From a virus, in IMG/VR virus record IMGVR_UViG_3300025137_000020, positions 41,337-105,336 of that record: a stretch of DNA of 64,000 nucleotides. One strand, given 5' to 3'. The position numbers and the translations under genes are program-made. The notes beneath the pieces are model-generated. The model worked only from the letters and a program-made list of their open reading frames with translations, did no database searches and was not told the origin of the DNA. Positions 22,256-31,006 of the stretch are shown here, piece after piece (the first letter of the stretch is position 1; the number at the start of each line of letters is the position of its first letter).

Positions 22256-24115
22256 TTAATCTCGTGAGACTGTAGTATAACTAGCTAAACCAGAAGAACC
22301 AGCAATACTGATATTATCAATATCCCCTTGTATATTAGTTCTTTCCACGTCTATTTGTAAAATTTTCTTTCTTTGTGAAATGATATCATCGGCTGCCGGT
22401 CTAACTTCTACTCGTAATGATTCGTTAACATCATTCTGTAAATCTGATAAATCGACTAAACCTGTATTAGGATAAAGATAACCGACATTTGCATTAATAA
22501 TAACAACTCGACCAGTGGAGTCTATTTGGTACGCATAGATTTGTCGTTTTTCGCTATCACCTGGAATGTGTTTATCCGCAAGAATTGCTTCCTTTCCTCC
22601 AATTATAATTGAAGACGTTGCAATCATTGATTCAGACTGGTCTAGCTTTCCATCGATAGTAAATCCAAAATCCACTTGAGCGGTATCTAAAGAACTCGCT
22701 GTAATGTTTACTAATTTATATGCGTATACTCTAGCGATATTGTTCAAGATAGCCGGATTAGCTGCGTCGATTGAAGCTAATAAATTGGAGTGTCGGTATA
22801 CACCGTCAAAATTGTTTAGTTTCGATTGATTGTAATTAATTAGTGTTTGCTTAATAGTAGAAATTAATCCGCCTAAAGATGTACTAGTACCACTTGGGTC
22901 GTATTTAAAGAAAACTTCAAAATATATATATGTGTATTCGGGGTCAACAATAACTGGAGTTATACCAACCATCTTTTTAGACTCAAGCAATGAAAGAATT
23001 TCGGCTTTCTGTAAAGTAGTTAAATACGGAGCGGCGGTCGGTTTAGCTGAAATATAAACTTTACCGAATTGTGGAATAGGTTCTGTTTCGCCGCCCCATG
23101 CCGCAACGTTGTCAAGCCCTGAAAAGCTTTTCATAATGATTGACTTATAGTCATCAGATGTTACAGCTCTTTCCTGTGAGATAAAGGATAATGGGGCGTT
23201 ATATTTAATTGAATTAATATCTTCTACCTGATTACCTCCAGCTGCTTTTGCTGTAGTAGTAACTATCGCCGAGCCTGATTCATATTCTAATCCACTTTGA
23301 CCATCGGTAAAATTGAATAGAGAAGCTCCATTTGTTAAAGGCCCTTCGGAAACCAAATATGTAAGTCTAACTAGACCCGAGGCTGCAGGTCTTGCACCAA
23401 AAAGATTATTACCAAAGCGGATTTCAAAATTGCCATCTGCATTTTCATCTACAAAATAAATTTTTGAAGTACCATCTACGTTTGGAAATTCGGTAAATTT
23501 ATTATAGGCTTGCTGAGTACCATTGACCGCTGCAATTGTTGGAAAGACTTCTACTTTTAATGTTGAGGTATCTGCATTCTGCGCGTTAATAACAAATCTT
23601 TGGTCATAACTATTATCGATTGTATAATTCTCTACTCGAGTAGTACCCTGTTTAATAATTAGATTATTAAACGTAAAGGTTTCTTGAGATTCGTCTTTTT
23701 GAGCAACTGTAATCTCGGCTGTTTCAAATGAATAAGTTGTAGAATCAATACTAGTAGTAAATTGAGTACCTTGAGGAAGGGTGAGTGTGCTATTACTAGC
23801 TCCTTGTTTCGAACTCAATACTAATTTTATTGATGCTGATGGCGCAGTTACAGACTTAGGAGTATATCCAAGGAGCTTCGCGCGGGAAACAACATTACCA
23901 CGAACTTGAGCGGAATCAAGAAAAGATTCGTTCATTGCCATGTGAGCATTAACCGCATTATAATGTGTATTATATGCAAGAATGTCCATTATGTGATCAA
24001 GGCCAGAGCCTGTAAAATCATAGTCCGTAAATGGGCCCCCGGTGCGTTTAAAATAATCAATAAGATTAGCTTTAATCTTATCAAAATCTAGTTCTGTTGT
24101 ATTAAATTGTGACAT
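22256..24115 (-). CDS. gp6: Baseplate wedge subunit gp6
   Basis: TELDFDKIKANL, DYDFTGSGL..DILAYNTHYNA, NESFLDSAQVRGNVVSRAKLLGYTP, QERAVTSDDY, AWGGE, GKVYIS. Confidence 0.95.
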   Translation of the reverse strand: MSQFNTTELDFDKIKANLIDYFKRTGGPFTDYDFTGSGLDHIMDILAYNTHYNAVNAHMAMNESFLDSAQVRGNVVSRAKLLGYTPKSVTAPSASIKLVLSSKQGASNSTLTLPQGTQFTTSIDSTTYSFETAEITVAQKDESQETFTFNNLIIKQGTTRVENYTIDNSYDQRFVINAQNADTSTLKVEVFPTIAAVNGTQQAYNKFTEFPNVDGTSKIYFVDENADGNFEIRFGNNLFGARPAASGLVRLTYLVSEGPLTNGASLFNFTDGQSGLEYESGSAIVTTTAKAAGGNQVEDINSIKYNAPLSFISQERAVTSDDYKSIIMKSFSGLDNVAAWGGETEPIPQFGKVYISAKPTAAPYLTTLQKAEILSLLESKKMVGITPVIVDPEYTYIYFEVFFKYDPSGTSTSLGGLISTIKQTLINYNQSKLNNFDGVYRHSNLLASIDAANPAILNNIARVYAYKLVNITASSLDTAQVDFGFTIDGKLDQSESMIATSSIIIGGKEAILADKHIPGDSEKRQIYAYQIDSTGRVVIINANVGYLYPNTGLVDLSDLQNDVNESLRVEVRPAADDIISQRKKILQIDVERTNIQGDIDNISIAGSSGLASYTTVSRD

Positions 24116-24116
24116 A

Positions 24117-24551
24117 TTATCTTAATCTTTCTAAGTAAAAATCTATGGTTTGATCGCCCGGTGTACCAATAATATTAAAATGTACACTAACGGCCATGGC
24201 ATTCAATTCTGCGTTGTCCTGTATGTTAACTTTTATCTTACCTACTCTAGGCTCTAGGCTCGAGATCATATCTTTAATTTTATTTCTAATAGACTCGAAT
24301 GTATAGACATCTACATTATCAAACAATTGTTCAAATATACCACTGCCTATATTTGGGTTAAACAGTCTTTCACCTCTTTGGGTTAGTAGCAAATTTTTAA
24401 CAGACTGTTTAACTGCATCAATATCAGTAATAGGCCGGATATCATTATATGCGGGATGTGGCTTAAAAGATAAATCTAAATCGGCAAAAACCCGATCTTG
24501 CTTGACCGAGATATTCGACGCGCCATTGTTATTATAATCCGAATAAGCCAT
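24117..24551 (-). CDS. gp25: Baseplate wedge subunit gp25
   Basis: DLDLSF..HP, DAVKQSVKNLLLTQRGERLFNPNIGS, EPRV, LERLR. Confidence 0.95.
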   Translation of the reverse strand: MAYSDYNNNGASNISVKQDRVFADLDLSFKPHPAYNDIRPITDIDAVKQSVKNLLLTQRGERLFNPNIGSGIFEQLFDNVDVYTFESIRNKIKDMISSLEPRVGKIKVNIQDNAELNAMAVSVHFNIIGTPGDQTIDFYLERLR

Positions 24552-24557
24552 ATCAAC

Positions 24558-24565
24558 TATTTATA
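24558..24565 (-). promoter_or_regulatory. Late promoter TATAAATA
   Basis: Exact consensus 6 nt upstream of the gp25 ATG. Confidence 0.8.
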
Positions 24566-24571
24566 AGACTT

Positions 24572-26179
24572 TTAGTAGTCTTCGCCCAAGAAATCGCGTA
24601 GCTCTGGACTAATTCTTATGGGCTGTGTGGCTCCTTTAGGCACTTCGTGCACAAACCCAAAGGAAGCCAAATCTTTATGAGCTTGATAAGTGTCTGCGAA
24701 TTGTGTGACATATCTTTTACCATCCTCGCTCGTCGAATACATGAAGTGCGGAATAAATGAAGATTCGGAATGCTTAGATACTTGACTAGTATCTTCTTCA
24801 GTTGCATTTCCCGAAAGTACGGATTCCCACGGCTCAAGTTTTCCACCGACTGAATTTGGTATAAAGTTTCCTGCGGATGGAAAGTCTTCTAATTCTTTGA
24901 CTGCGGTATTTGTTGTCCAAGAAATCATTGTTAAAAAGGCCAAGCGACTTTCTTTACTAATTATTACTTTAGCGTTAAATAAAGTATTTACATAGTCGTG
25001 TATCATATTGGCATAATCATTATCTGCTTCTACATGAGTACTATTTCTTATGCTCGTGATAGTATAAAAATGTGGAATAAAATTTGCTCGATAATCATTA
25101 TATTTAAATTTAAATGCTGGTGGTATTCTTATCTTAGCTTCATCCGTACCACACAATTGCCTTAAGCCATATCCATACTCTGGATTATATTCTTTAATGC
25201 CGAAACCCACTTCATTATATACCTGTCGCTGGAGTTGGGGTTTGTATTGCTCATCAAATTTTCCATCATACCACCGGTTATTACCCCGAACGTCAGGTCG
25301 TCTACCGAGAGTAAGAAGCACCTTGCTCCCATAGTTCGATATCGCAGACTCCATATTTGCATATGCTGTTAGCTTTGACTTATATAAAACCCAACGGTCT
25401 AATGCAGGTGGAACTCGTATGTCTGGGTTTAATAAATAATAATCAGCCACTTGGCCCTCTGGGTTTCTTATTTTCCACGCAGACGGTAGGTTGTGAAACA
25501 TAGTGGATGCCTGAGTTTGGTCGCCTTGTTGAGTCATTCCGCGGGTCGTCTCTTCCATCTTCTCGCGAAGTGATTTCATAAATTCTTTCTCGGCTTCAAC
25601 TATTACGGCCTTCGCTGCTTTAGCTTGAGTTACAGAAAATCCTGACTGCGATATTATTTGGTCTACCTTCGGATCTGCCGGCATCTCCGCAGCAGTAGGT
25701 TGCACTGGCTCTGGGTCTTCTTGCTCTGGATTACCATCAATATTTTCTACTACATCAATAGTAGTAGGTGTTGGTTCTAATTTACCATCTGCTCCAACCT
25801 TAGCTTCTACTTTAGGAACGTCTTTACATATATCAAAGTCCAATAACGCAAGTGGGTTTTTTACTATATCCAGTACATCTTCAATATTATCGACGAGGTC
25901 ACCCCATGCGTTTTGTATTTTCTGTAAGTCTTCTAAAAGCTCAGGTGCACCGGCCTTAGCTTTTGCGATTAGTTTATTAATTTCATCTTGAAAATTAGGA
26001 ATTTCTGGCAACTTCGGTATACTTAGATTCATCGCATCTAGTTGCTCTTGGGCAGCTGCCTTTATGTCGGCCAATGCGTCTTTGCCAAGAGTGTCTAATT
26101 GAGCAAGCTTATCAGCCAATGCTTTTTTCTTTTCTTCTAAGCTCGCTAATAATTTATTCTTTCCACAATCTATTGCCAT
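24572..26179 (-). CDS. Hypothetical baseplate-region protein (535 aa; helical N-terminus, Pro/Glu linker, unknown globular C-terminus)
   Basis: Long ORF. Start MAIDCGK chosen because it follows the PAAR stop; the longer track start overlaps PAAR. Confidence 0.7.
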   Translation of the reverse strand: MAIDCGKNKLLASLEEKKKALADKLAQLDTLGKDALADIKAAAQEQLDAMNLSIPKLPEIPNFQDEINKLIAKAKAGAPELLEDLQKIQNAWGDLVDNIEDVLDIVKNPLALLDFDICKDVPKVEAKVGADGKLEPTPTTIDVVENIDGNPEQEDPEPVQPTAAEMPADPKVDQIISQSGFSVTQAKAAKAVIVEAEKEFMKSLREKMEETTRGMTQQGDQTQASTMFHNLPSAWKIRNPEGQVADYYLLNPDIRVPPALDRWVLYKSKLTAYANMESAISNYGSKVLLTLGRRPDVRGNNRWYDGKFDEQYKPQLQRQVYNEVGFGIKEYNPEYGYGLRQLCGTDEAKIRIPPAFKFKYNDYRANFIPHFYTITSIRNSTHVEADNDYANMIHDYVNTLFNAKVIISKESRLAFLTMISWTTNTAVKELEDFPSAGNFIPNSVGGKLEPWESVLSGNATEEDTSQVSKHSESSFIPHFMYSTSEDGKRYVTQFADTYQAHKDLASFGFVHEVPKGATQPIRISPELRDFLGEDY

Positions 26180-26183
26180 AATC

Positions 26184-26474
26184 TTAACCTCCTGCAAATA
26201 CGTTTGATGAACCAGACGCGACTGAAGTACATCCACTAATACCATCACCAACTCTTCCGCATCCTAGTCCATTTACTTTTACTGTGCTTGAACCTGCAGC
26301 GATCGGTGCAGAGTGCGATGGGCAAGGAGAACCAGGAAGTAAGTGCCCTGTGTTATTATCGCCTTGGCGAGACACAGCAATTCCATTAGCGAAAACATTT
26401 CCACTTCCGGCTGCTCTCACCATTCCACTACAATGAGCCACATCTGCGTCTCCTATTCTTGTTACTGCTGGCAT
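26184..26474 (-). CDS. gp5.4: PAAR spike-tip protein gp5.4
   Basis: MPAVTRIGD..HC, GSGNVFANGIAVSRQGD, GSSTVKVNG..GRVGD..C, SGSSNVFAGG. Confidence 0.95.
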   Translation of the reverse strand: MPAVTRIGDADVAHCSGMVRAAGSGNVFANGIAVSRQGDNNTGHLLPGSPCPSHSAPIAAGSSTVKVNGLGCGRVGDGISGCTSVASGSSNVFAGG

Positions 26475-26479
26475 ATCTC

Positions 26480-26487
26480 TATTTATA
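26480..26487 (-). promoter_or_regulatory. Late promoter TATAAATA
   Basis: Exact consensus 5 nt upstream of the PAAR ATG. Confidence 0.8.
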
Positions 26488-26489
26488 CC

Positions 26490-28073
26490 CTAAGTGGCGG
26501 TTTCCATATAAGTCTTTAACCACGTTAAAGCTGGTCTTTCTCCCGTACCATCACGATTAATTAATCCAGTCTGATGGCCCTGGTCGTATCTCCAATTCTC
26601 TGTGTTAATATATCCCCAAATCGTTACCCGTTCTACATTAGGGTGATTCCATATCGCTGGAAAAATAACTTGATATCTATCGAGTTGCTTTTGATCTATA
26701 TCGATACTATCGCTGTTTGTACCTGAGATATCAAGCTCTGTAATGTGGATAGGTAATCCAGTTTGACTATGTACATCGTCAATGGCTGCAGTGATTTGAG
26801 CTGCGGTCAAATCATTAATATTAAAATAATGAGATTGCATACCAACTCCGTCAATTAAATTTGGATTATGATTTTTAATTGCATTGACTGCAGCACAATT
26901 TTCATCACGAACTGTTTGATTACTCATCATACCAAAATCGTTTATCCAAATTTTTGCATTTGGAAAATAATTTCTTACTGTCTCGAAAATATAAATCGCC
27001 CAATCATAACCACTCGTACCAGCTCCACCAAATTGATTTATGATTCGAGTAGTACCAGCGTCTTGGTGACCTGTAGCGATTTCATTAAGCGCTGCGATAC
27101 CATAGATATCATCTCCATATCGTGTAGATATTGCACTACACCAAGTTTCAAAGGCCGACTTACTTTCAGCAACACTTAAACCTTCCCACCAATCGGGTGT
27201 ACCTTGATCAGCTCCCCAAATTAATGTATGCCATAACATTTTAATCCCATTTCTCTTACAATGAGCATGTAATATATCAGCTCCACTAAAATCGAATGTA
27301 CCACGAACCTTTTCTACTGGTTGCCATTTACAAAGATTGCCAGCGGCCGCACTATTCCATAAGTCGGCATAATTTGCAGCATTTTGCTCAGTAACAAAAG
27401 GTTGAGTGGATTGTATCTCACTCATCTGAGCAGTATTAATATTTCCAAGCAACTTACTCTTTTGATATGCTAATGCACCTATATTATCTGCAACTTGTAC
27501 ACGTTGTGCAGTAGCTCTACCTATAAGTTGAGCAAAAATATTTTGGTTTAAAACAGTATGAGTAAATGAATAAGTTAATCCATCAGTCGCACCACTGTCA
27601 TATTTTATTGCAAATTGTACTTGATACGTAACATCAACTTCACTGGAGCCCTCTTCGGCCTTAAATAATTCAACGTTGTCGGGCAAAGCAGTTATATTGT
27701 TTCCTATAGTGGGGGTTTCAATTAAATCACTTGAACCAGCCGAAACGTGTTTTACTACGTCGTCTGTGAATGCCCCATCGTATTGTCCGACTAATCTTAT
27801 TTTATATTCTCCACTGGTATCTACATCATGTGGATATGTTACAGCTGTTCCGCCTAGCTCAAGAGTGATTGTTATAGTATCATTCGTGCTTATGTTTTGA
27901 CTGATGTCAATAAAAGGCGAACCCGTCATGTGGGTCAATCCTGTTATTTCGGTGATATTACCATCGGGGCTAGAGTCTAAGTTTTTATTAACAGTAATTA
28001 GCTTTGTAAAATTAAATGCTTTGCCACGAGCTTTATCTTGGGAATTAATATCTGTGATTTCAATATCTGACAT
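26490..28073 (-). CDS. Beta-rich N-terminal domain fused to a GH10 (endo-xylanase family) catalytic domain
   Basis: GH10 motifs KW..VE..RGTFDFSGAD, HTLIWG, NE (acid/base), INDFG, IDGVGMQSH, LPIHITELDI (nucleophile) and VTIWG. Confidence 0.9.
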   Translation of the reverse strand: MSDIEITDINSQDKARGKAFNFTKLITVNKNLDSSPDGNITEITGLTHMTGSPFIDISQNISTNDTITITLELGGTAVTYPHDVDTSGEYKIRLVGQYDGAFTDDVVKHVSAGSSDLIETPTIGNNITALPDNVELFKAEEGSSEVDVTYQVQFAIKYDSGATDGLTYSFTHTVLNQNIFAQLIGRATAQRVQVADNIGALAYQKSKLLGNINTAQMSEIQSTQPFVTEQNAANYADLWNSAAAGNLCKWQPVEKVRGTFDFSGADILHAHCKRNGIKMLWHTLIWGADQGTPDWWEGLSVAESKSAFETWCSAISTRYGDDIYGIAALNEIATGHQDAGTTRIINQFGGAGTSGYDWAIYIFETVRNYFPNAKIWINDFGMMSNQTVRDENCAAVNAIKNHNPNLIDGVGMQSHYFNINDLTAAQITAAIDDVHSQTGLPIHITELDISGTNSDSIDIDQKQLDRYQVIFPAIWNHPNVERVTIWGYINTENWRYDQGHQTGLINRDGTGERPALTWLKTYMETAT

Positions 28074-28270
28074 TACATAGTTTCCCGTTCTAGTAATTCT
28101 TGTAACTTACCTTCCCACTGTTCCATTTCCTCATGCTGTTCATCAGTATGAGGTGGGTCAGGCATCTCTGGTACAAATGCAATTACGTTCTCAAATGACT
28201 CTGGTATTTCTTCAAAATTCTGATATACCTTAGTTCTACCACCTATTAAAATTTTAAAATAGTGTGCCAT
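28073..28270 (-). CDS. Small conserved protein downstream of gp5
   Basis: EIPESFENVIAFVPEMPDPPHTDEQHEEM motif recalled from marine T4-like phages; TAATG coupling on both sides. Confidence 0.7.
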   Translation of the reverse strand: MAHYFKILIGGRTKVYQNFEEIPESFENVIAFVPEMPDPPHTDEQHEEMEQWEGKLQELLERETM

Positions 28271-29622
28271 TAGTTTAGATTAATCCGCGAACCGTCGATA
28301 TCTGTAATTCCTGCTGCGTGTAAGTCCATCGCATCTGGTGTATCTACAGTAATCTTTCCGGTCGCGTCAATATCTAAAGTCGATGTCACATCAATCTTAT
28401 ATGTAGTATCAATAACATCTGTTCTTGCACCGGTATTTTGTTTAAGCGTACCAATAACTGACCGCGATTCATTACCCATAATTACACTCTTTAAATTTTT
28501 ACCAAATGTGATATTCCCGCTTCTCTTACATTCAAACTCAAACGCTCTTGGAGAATCATTTGCTGATGGAGATTGGTGACTAGCGTGAATAGTTCTTTTT
28601 TCGAATTCGCCAATACTAGAAATTAAATTTCCTTTTACATTCATCATTTGGTTTTTATCTACTTCAAGGAAATCAGACATCACGATCTTTTCATGCTTAT
28701 TGCCACGAACTAAAAGGTGATAATCTTTTTCTACTTCCATATAATAATCGCCTTTAACCAATGTTCTTGCATCACCGTTAATAGTTACATTGCAATTTCC
28801 TTTAATAGAAACATTATTATTTTCAAGTACAACCTTATATTCATTTCCATTTACAACGATAGTTTTATCTCCACTAGCATCAATTTCACTATAAGTACCT
28901 GAAGTGTGTTGTACTAAAATTCTTTCGTTATTGGGAGTTTCATCAAATTCTACAATATGACCACAGCCGTATTCTTTAGTATGGCAATTAGGATACGTAG
29001 GATTTGTAATATCTTCTTGGCTTTCTTGTAACCATCGTTTTCTTTCAAAGAATTTGGCGTCTTTCTGCAAAGTATTCTTAAGTGTGTCTGTGCTAGGCGG
29101 AACCGCCATTGGTATATTTACTTTCTTGCCGTCTTTATCGAGCGCGCGAGAATCATTCCGTAAACTACTTTTATCAATATAAGACTTAGACTCCCTATAT
29201 TCACTGGTAGCACCTTTAGGTTGGTCATTCGCGTTTGCAGTTCTGGGATTTTCTCCAAATGGGTCCGCGAACCCCTTTTCGTAATCAGAACCCATGGGTG
29301 TTCTAGATGGTAATGTTCCTAATACTAATGGGTCTTGGCATGCCTCGCCATCTCTAAAGAATCCAACTACCCAGCTACCTTGAACAACACCAGTAGCAGC
29401 TTCACCAATACCAGAGCATGACCCAGAAGTAATCGGTGTCATCACATTCGCCCACGGCAAATCAATAGTACGAATACCGTCTTCTTTATTTTTATTTGAG
29501 GTGTGATAACCAAAGCATCTTACTCTCACTCGTCCTTGTTCATACGGGTCGTGAATATCTTCTACTACACCAATAAACCAATGAAACCCCGTTGATAGGA
29601 AATTATTATTTTTATAATCCAT
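28270..29622 (-). CDS. gp5: Baseplate central spike gp5 (no lysozyme domain)
   Basis: OB-fold WFIGVVEDIHDP..GRVRVRCFGYH, DLPWA, GSWVVGFFRDG; YP..H..CGHIVEFDETP..ERI..H.SGT; beta-helix; terminal RINLN. Confidence 0.95.
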   Translation of the reverse strand: MDYKNNNFLSTGFHWFIGVVEDIHDPYEQGRVRVRCFGYHTSNKNKEDGIRTIDLPWANVMTPITSGSCSGIGEAATGVVQGSWVVGFFRDGEACQDPLVLGTLPSRTPMGSDYEKGFADPFGENPRTANANDQPKGATSEYRESKSYIDKSSLRNDSRALDKDGKKVNIPMAVPPSTDTLKNTLQKDAKFFERKRWLQESQEDITNPTYPNCHTKEYGCGHIVEFDETPNNERILVQHTSGTYSEIDASGDKTIVVNGNEYKVVLENNNVSIKGNCNVTINGDARTLVKGDYYMEVEKDYHLLVRGNKHEKIVMSDFLEVDKNQMMNVKGNLISSIGEFEKRTIHASHQSPSANDSPRAFEFECKRSGNITFGKNLKSVIMGNESRSVIGTLKQNTGARTDVIDTTYKIDVTSTLDIDATGKITVDTPDAMDLHAAGITDIDGSRINLN

Positions 29623-29625
29623 AAT

Positions 29626-30996
29626 TTAAATTTCGGAAAAAACTGAATCCTTTTTGCATTCTACGTCACATGTATATTTATCTTCTTGATCGTTAAATTC
29701 AAATTTGTGTAGAACTGACGTTATTAAATAATTACCAGAAAGCAATTTGTCGAGATGCCCGGTATCAGCATCTTCGCTGTTATACCCGCGGTATGCTATA
29801 GCTTCCATAGATTTAGGAAATAACAATTTGATTTTTCTACCAGCCTGTAAATTAAAATCGCCATTCAATGTAATATTTTGGGTCATTGTATTTAATTTAG
29901 AATTAAACGCGTTTATTGTAGCAGCCCCGTGTCGCATATCATTTCCATAGTTCTTATTTGCGCCATACGCTAATTCATTGATAGAAAAATATTCTGTATG
30001 GGCATCAGGCAAAGAATTTAAAGGTCTACTGTTATTTCTTCCAATCTTAAAAGACTGCGATAATAGTGTATGGCCTCTGTCTGATACAGCAGTCTTTCTA
30101 ACATTCGAACCGCTATCACCACCATAATCAAATTCTTTCTGTTTAAATGTTTTATTTGACAAATCTAGAAAATTATTTTTCGAGGCATAGCCGCCACGTA
30201 CTGATTGCGCAACCTTTGACATACCTAAATTAGAAGAGAAATCTAGTATTCTAGTCTGTCTTTCTACATAATCATCTTCGGTATGAGGTGCTGCAGTGTA
30301 TCCTTTTAAATAGACATATGCATTGTAATTTTTATTTAGTTCCGAATCCATTAAATACGACAGTGAATATAGTCGTACCATGTTATCAATGCTCTGGAAG
30401 AAAAAGAATGGTGCTCCGTTTTCATCGTGAGCAGATTTTCTAAAATACTCAATTGCGGATAATGGTTCTTGCATATTAATTATACCTTTATGCCTAGAAA
30501 CATCAGTTCCTTTAATAGACATACTATCATAAAATAAATCATTTTGTACAATTCTTCTAATCTGCTCACTAGCACTACTATTATATGCCCGAGAGATTTT
30601 CATAAATTTAGAATTATACGCATGATGCGAAATTCCCTTTAAAACGTATGCTTGCTGATTAGCATTAGTATGGGATTTTGCAAAGTCAGAGTATTCTGTA
30701 ATCACAAATTCCATAGTTCTATTAACCGGCGTGTCACTTACAAACGGCCATTTCTCAAACTCAATACTTAAAGTCTCTTGTCCAATAAGAGCAAAAGACT
30801 CAAAGAAATTAACTGAATCCGCAATAGTAACTTCGATTATAATTGAAGGTAAGTATATACTTTCACGAATTACAATATTAGAAATCAATTCGTCAATTAC
30901 ACGGAAGTCTCCTGTGTGATTATATAATTTAGCACTTACTAAACTGAAATGCGAAGGGTCTAAGCTTTTTCCACTGCTCGATAATGTTGTTGCCAT
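29626..30996 (-). CDS. Baseplate hub protein (gp27-like)
   Basis: Between gp53 and gp5; IRESIY, FFFFQS, GDFNLQAG, DKLLSGNYLITSVLHKF, KDS. Confidence 0.7.
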   Translation of the reverse strand: MATTLSSSGKSLDPSHFSLVSAKLYNHTGDFRVIDELISNIVIRESIYLPSIIIEVTIADSVNFFESFALIGQETLSIEFEKWPFVSDTPVNRTMEFVITEYSDFAKSHTNANQQAYVLKGISHHAYNSKFMKISRAYNSSASEQIRRIVQNDLFYDSMSIKGTDVSRHKGIINMQEPLSAIEYFRKSAHDENGAPFFFFQSIDNMVRLYSLSYLMDSELNKNYNAYVYLKGYTAAPHTEDDYVERQTRILDFSSNLGMSKVAQSVRGGYASKNNFLDLSNKTFKQKEFDYGGDSGSNVRKTAVSDRGHTLLSQSFKIGRNNSRPLNSLPDAHTEYFSINELAYGANKNYGNDMRHGAATINAFNSKLNTMTQNITLNGDFNLQAGRKIKLLFPKSMEAIAYRGYNSEDADTGHLDKLLSGNYLITSVLHKFEFNDQEDKYTCDVECKKDSVFSEI

Positions 30997-31006
30997 AATT
31001 TATTTC

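Noticed and set aside
1242-31000. Many plus-strand ORFs of 60-180 aa in the track
   Set aside because: They are antisense shadows of long, motif-bearing minus-strand structural genes and have no recognisable motifs.
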